A DNA stretch of 56,150 nucleotides from Octopus bimaculoides (lineage: Eukaryota). Below, piece by piece: positions 51,395 to 56,150 of the stretch. The stretch lies in NCBI RefSeq assembly GCF_001194135.2, contig NC_068993.1, forward strand, positions 47,581,090 to 47,637,239, written 5' to 3'. Below the pieces are notes generated by a model, which saw only the letters and a list, made by a program, of their open reading frames with translations, was not told the origin of the DNA and did no database searches. Both the position numbers and the translations under genes were made by a program. Every line of letters starts with the position of its first letter. Position 1 is the first letter of the stretch.

Positions 51395-51773
51395 TACAGC
51401 TTTATTTCAAGAACGAGTTGGTTTCTAACCTAGATCCAATGCTCCTTCATTGGAATTTTGGCACCAACAACAGTGTATTTATATGTCTTGTTTTAGGTGT
51501 TTTCTCATACATATAGTTGCATATCTAGACATGCTCGTATATACTTAATTGATAAACGTCTGGAAAGTTTTACAGATCTTTTACAGTTCCAGTGATGGAT
51601 TGGATCTGTTGTCTTCGAATCAGCTACCTCCTTTCTTGTTTTGAGAAACCTAATGTCTCAAGATTGGCATTTAGGCACTGTCTTACATATCCAAGCACCT
51701 CAATAATTACAGGTATAAACCTGAACTTGTAATCTGGATAGAATAACTGCAGATTCCTGAATAGCCCAGCGTT
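51395..51773 (-). mobile_element. 5'-truncated RLE-type non-LTR retrotransposon (ORF end plus 3' UTR), copy 2
   Basis: Minus translation NAGLFRNLQLFYPDYKFRFIPVIIEVLGYVRQCLNANLETLGFSKQERR*LIRRQQIQSITGTV-KICKTFQTFIN* with one frameshift; IPVIIGALG-type RLE C-terminal motif. Confidence 0.82.
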
Positions 51774-52100
51774 GCTATGAGTGGCTGTGGTTCCCACTAT
51801 ACTGTGAGTTCATACTTATTTCTCTTTGGGGTTATCCTTTCGATGGATCTCGTTATACAGTATCATAGCTACAACATTGAGTCTCATCAGTAGATAATAC
51901 CGTGATGGCATTGATACGTATGTATACATGTATGTATATATGTATGAAACATAAATGTATTCATCTGCCTTACTACCTCAGTATCTGGTTGTTTTTGTAT
52001 TTCTCTCTTGAAACTGAGATCTTAGTTCAAATTCATCTGATCGTTATTACGTGGTTTCTATACTGAGCATATCTAACGCTCGCCTATTGTTTGTCTGTAT

Positions 52101-52131
<31 letters not shown>

Positions 52132-53510
52132 NNNNNNNNNNNNNNNNNNNNNNNNNNNNNNNNNNNNNNNNNNNNNNNNNNNNNNNNNNNNNNNNNNNNN
52201 NNNNNNNNNNNNNNNNNNNNNNNNNNNNNNNNNNNNNNNNNNNNNNNNNNNNNNNNNNNNNNNNNNNNNNNNNNNNNNNNNNNNNNNNNNNNNNNNNNNN
52301 NNNNNNNNNNNNNNNNNNNNNNNNNNNNNNNNNNNNNNNNNNNNNNNNNNNNNNNNNNNNNNNNNNNNNNNNNNNNNNNNNNNNNNNNNNNNNNNNNNNN
52401 NNNNNNNNNNNNNNNNNNNNNNNNNNNNNNNNNNNNNNNNNNNNNNNNNNNNNNNNNNNNNNNNNNNNNNNNNNNNNNNNNNNNNNNNNNNNNNNNNNNN
52501 NNNNNNNNNNNNNNNNNNNNNNNNNNNNNNNNNNNNNNNNNNNNNNNNNNNNNNNNNNNNNNNNNNNNNNNNNNNNNNNNNNNNNNNNNNNNNNNNNNNN
52601 NNNNNNNNNNNATATATATATACGTACATACATATAAATATTTATATTTATATAGAAAAATATATTCAGAGATACATGCATATCTTTATACATATAAATT
52701 TCCATACACACATGTATACACATACATATATGTATATATGTATGTATGTATGTGTGCGCTTATATATGTATGCGTGTGTGTGTGTGTGTGTGTGTGTGTT
52801 TGTGTGTGCATTCAAACAGAGTAGGCAAGAATGAGAAATGATGTCATAGTGACAGAGGAAATGAAGAAACGGGTAAGTTTTAGAGGAGGGAAAATAGTGT
52901 CAAGAGACCTGTTGTGAAATGTGTAGTATTTCAGTTGAAAATAATATATATATGCACCAAGTTCATATTAAATCCTTAAATAAGCATTGACAACAGCGGC
53001 TCATATTTAGGACACGCAATTATATTTTTTTCCATTCTTTATAAACTGTCTTTTTAAAAAAAAACACATACACTAATCATTATAGCCGGTTTCTATACCA
53101 AGGAAATTTTCTAAACGTATTTTAATGTATTTTCGTAGTCAAGTGGCGACAACACAACTTGTCTAATAGCACACAAATTCACGAATGACAAAACAATATA
53201 TGACACCCGCCATTCGAAGCATTTCAAGGCGCCATTTCATAAGCGATGAGTAGTCATGAAAAAAAAATAATAAATAAAAGGAAAAGAAAATCGAATACAT
53301 GCATACATACATACATAACTAAGTTGATGTTAAAACACGTTACCACATTGATATAAAAATGAAATATTTTAAAAAGTACTTAATTAATGAAAGACATCGA
53401 CATCAACCGTACCATCTCTCAAATATATGCATATGATATATATGTGTGTGTGTGTATGGATATTTGCGTATATGTGAATGTACATACATATGTATACTTA
53501 TGTAAGTATG

Positions 53511-53592
<82 letters not shown>

Positions 53593-54260
53593 GAGATAAT
53601 GAGAGAGAGAGAGTAAGATAAAGAGTAATAGAGAGTAGTTAGTGAGAGAAAAGGGAGAGAGAGAGAACGTGAGGGAAATTATGATAGGTACTCGCTTCCT
53701 CTCACATGCTAAAATATATACATGAACGTGTGTGTTAGCATGCTTACGTATGTAAGAAGTAAGAAATGTTAAGCAATATGCAAAGCAACAGCATTCATTT
53801 GTCATAAACAATTACATACGTACATATGTACAGTTAAATATTTCTACAAATGCACAACAATCACCATCGATAAGTATTCATCTTTACTTGTTTATCTTCA
53901 GCAAACTTTTCTAAAATCGCACAAAAATTCAAAATCATCGCAGAATAGATTATGAAGAAAAAGTGCCTGGTCCTATGTTCGCACTCGGCATCAAATTCCG
54001 AGCGGTCTTCATCGTGGCATATTTTATAGCAATCAATTATGTATCTAATAGACGAAACTTTGGGCATATGTTTGGTTTCTTTTCATGGCCAGATGTTGGG
54101 CCTTCTGTCCATCCTTTGATGCCGCCCGTCCATTGTTTCTCAGTTCATTTCACGTTCGAAAATCTAGCTCGCTGAATCTATTGATAAGTAAAAGCGAACT
54201 TAGGATAAAAATCATTGAACACCTTATGATTGCTGATCAGACGGAGAGTACGTGCGCACG

Positions 54261-54473
54261 AATACATTTGCAAATATGTGCATGCATCGCCCTCTTTACC
54301 ATCCGCTTCTCATCCATCATCTCCATTGGCTCCAACCGCCTCGATATTCGTCTATCCATTTTGGTTGTTAGATCTTCACTCATTCATGCTCACCTTCGCA
54401 CATCCTCATTCCTCACACTCTCCACCCGTGTCACACCAACCATAACCCTGACACATCTCATCTCAAACACATC
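54261..54473 (-). mobile_element. RTE-clade LINE fragment (region C-terminal to RT)
   Basis: Minus translation DVFEMRCVRVMVGVTRVESVRNEDVRR*A*MSEDLTTKMDRRISRRLEPMEMMDEKRMVKRAM matches the RTE motif FEM.CLR...GV+R.DRVRNE.VR......RWFGHVERM.E.R. Confidence 0.82.
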
Positions 54474-54499
54474 TAGTAGACAGGATTATTAGTATTTTT

Positions 54500-54717
54500 G
54501 GCGGCTCACTGGCAGAATGATTAGTACGTCGGGAAAAATGTTTCCCGGCATTTCGTCCGCCTGTACTATTTGAGTTCAATTCCACCGAGTTCGTCTTTGC
54601 CTTCCCCCTTTTGAGGTCGATGGAATAATACCAGTCAAGTACTGCAGTCGATGTAAGTGACTCACCCCGTTCCCATAAATTCTACGCCTTGTACCTATAG
54701 TAGAAAGGATTATTATT
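54500..54717 (+). mobile_element. tRNA-derived SINE family B, full length with (ATT)n tail
   Basis: A-box-like tggcagaatgattag, B-box-like gagttcaattcc, central ctttgccttccccc..gaggtcgatggaataataccag, tail gtagaaaggattattatt. Confidence 0.88.
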
Positions 54718-54723
54718 TTTGTG

Positions 54724-54954
54724 AAGGCGGTGAGCAAAGAACATTTTTAGCATGGCGGATACAATGCAAGGAGGCATTTCATCTGTCTACTCGCTCTAAG
54801 TTCAAATTCCGCCAATTTCGACTTTGCTTTTCGTCTCATTCGAGGTCGGTGAAATATGCATCGGCTGAATATTGGCGTTGATGTAATCGACTTATCCCCT
54901 TCTCCAAAATTGCTGGCTTTGTACCAAAATATGAAACTAATAATTATTACTATT
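54724..54954 (+). mobile_element. tRNA-derived SINE family B, second copy directly downstream of the first
   Basis: aggcggtgagc...aagttcaaattccgccaatttcgactttgc...gatgtaatcgacttatccccttctccaaaattgctggctttgtaccaaaat, with an (ATT)-like tail. Confidence 0.88.
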
Positions 54955-55460
54955 GTGCCTGTGTTTCTTTCGATATTAAATCGGAAAAAAAAATCGTCCT
55001 TTTTTGTAAGAAACTTTGGAGCTGGTTTTGCACATCCCCAAAGCAAATTTTATTGCAACATTTGCAACATGTATTTTGGAATTACATACAAGTACGAATA
55101 TGTTTCTATAGACATGAGTGAATNNNNNNNNNNNNNNNNNNNNNNNNNNNNNNNNNNNNNNNNNNNNNNNNNNNNNNNNNNNNNNNNNNNNNNNNNNNNN
55201 NNNNNNNNNNNNNNNNNNNNNNNNNNNNNNNNNNNNNNNNNNNNNNNNNNNNNNNNNNNNNNNNNNNNNNNNNNNNNNNNNNNNNNNNNNNNNNNNNNNN
55301 NNNNNNNNNNNNNNNNNNNNNNNNNNNNNNNNNNNNNNNNNNNNNNNNNNNNNNNNNNNNNNNNNNNNNNNNNNNNNNNNNNNNNNNNNNNNNNNNNNNN
55401 NNNNNNNNNNNNNNNNNNNNNNNNNNNNNNNNNNNNNNNNNNNNNNNNNNNNNNNNNNNN

Positions 55461-55509
<49 letters not shown>

Positions 55510-55518
55510 TAGATAGAC

Positions 55519-55550
<32 letters not shown>

Positions 55551-56022
55551 TTACACATAGATACATACATAAATATACATACATATAAATATACACGTGT
55601 GAGAATCTGATGAAGATGGTTGAAAGAGAGAGAGAGCGAGTTTGAGGATAGATAATGTCTAATATACATACAACAATAGTTTGAGATGTACAGACAGTTT
55701 CTTTTAGATGTAAACGTGGAATACTGTAGCATTTTGAAGGAAAATACCTAGAGGTAAAACCGAGAAAACAGAGATAGAGAGAATCTATCGCAGTGTCGTT
55801 TGGAAGAAAGCTTTTAGATGTCTCTGATCTTGCACATCGCATCAGGAAATATATTTATGAAATCGTACATATAAATATGTAACTTAAATCACACTTCTTG
55901 TGTACGTCACTGATCCAGGAAGAAGATACCATTATGGAATATTGGACATAGCTTTCGTGTACTGTGTCTGTCTGTCTGTCCGTCTCTCTCTCTCTCTCTC
56001 GTTCTTTCCCTCTCTCATTCTT

Positions 56023-56055
<33 letters not shown>

Positions 56056-56150
56056 GTGTGTGTGTATGTGTGTGTGATGTGTATGTATGTATATACACAC
56101 ATATATATATATGTACGTATATAGGCATGTATATATATATATATATATAT

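Larger units (their letters stand above)
1007..55460. other. 19 assembly gaps totalling ~6.7 kb of N (span covers first to last gap)
   Basis: Gaps at 1007-1755, 2726-3128, 3737-4683, 5506-5515, 8124-8133, 11578-12485, 14748-14843, 27603-28543, 33199-33208, 35315-35706, 36204-36952, 37797-37825, 40163-40172, 42098-42183, 45227-45505, 47709-47718, 49026-49324, 52132-52611, 55124-55460. Confidence 0.97.

Noticed and set aside
54080-54175. Minus-strand EKQWTGGIKGWTE resembling an RTE 3' motif (RW.D.IK.WT)
   Set aside because: Too short and not colinear with the RTE fragment at 54261-54473; it cannot be supported without a search.
875-55842. Long ORFs in the track that span N runs or dinucleotide repeats (e.g. 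3492-4781, 11474-12556, 27422-28606, 35993-37078)
   Set aside because: Their length comes from X codons and YIYI/THTH/VCVC/SLSL repeats; no coding signal.

Overview
This is a eukaryotic, AT-rich, very repeat-dense window with no protein-coding gene I can support. It is most likely intronic or intergenic DNA from an octopus draft assembly. That call rests on recalled octopus tRNA-derived SINE families and the extreme (TA)n/(CA)n/(GA)n density; no search was run. About 6.7 kb (~12%) is N, in 19 gaps mostly flanked by (TA)n. Nearly every ORF in the track is an artefact of gaps or microsatellites. Supportable content is mobile-element debris: (i) three tRNA-derived SINE families, here called A, B and C, about 14 copies or fragments, including one nested insertion and two head-to-tail pairs; (ii) a near full-length decayed DD34D mariner (28.73-29.87 kb) whose 5' end is replaced by a LINE fragment; (iii) five fragments of RLE-type (R4/Dong-like and related) non-LTR retrotransposons; (iv) an RTE LINE fragment; (v) several decayed hammerhead-ribozyme-like cores typical of Penelope-like element termini; (vi) a 57-bp minisatellite and many microsatellites. 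I found no CRISPR array, rRNA gene or true tRNA gene. I did not find a convincing novel biological system. The best leads are the hammerhead-like motifs, the LINE-mariner chimera, possible microsatellite targeting by RLE elements, and a few candidate spliced exons that may be chance matches. Family names come from motif recall and are unverified.
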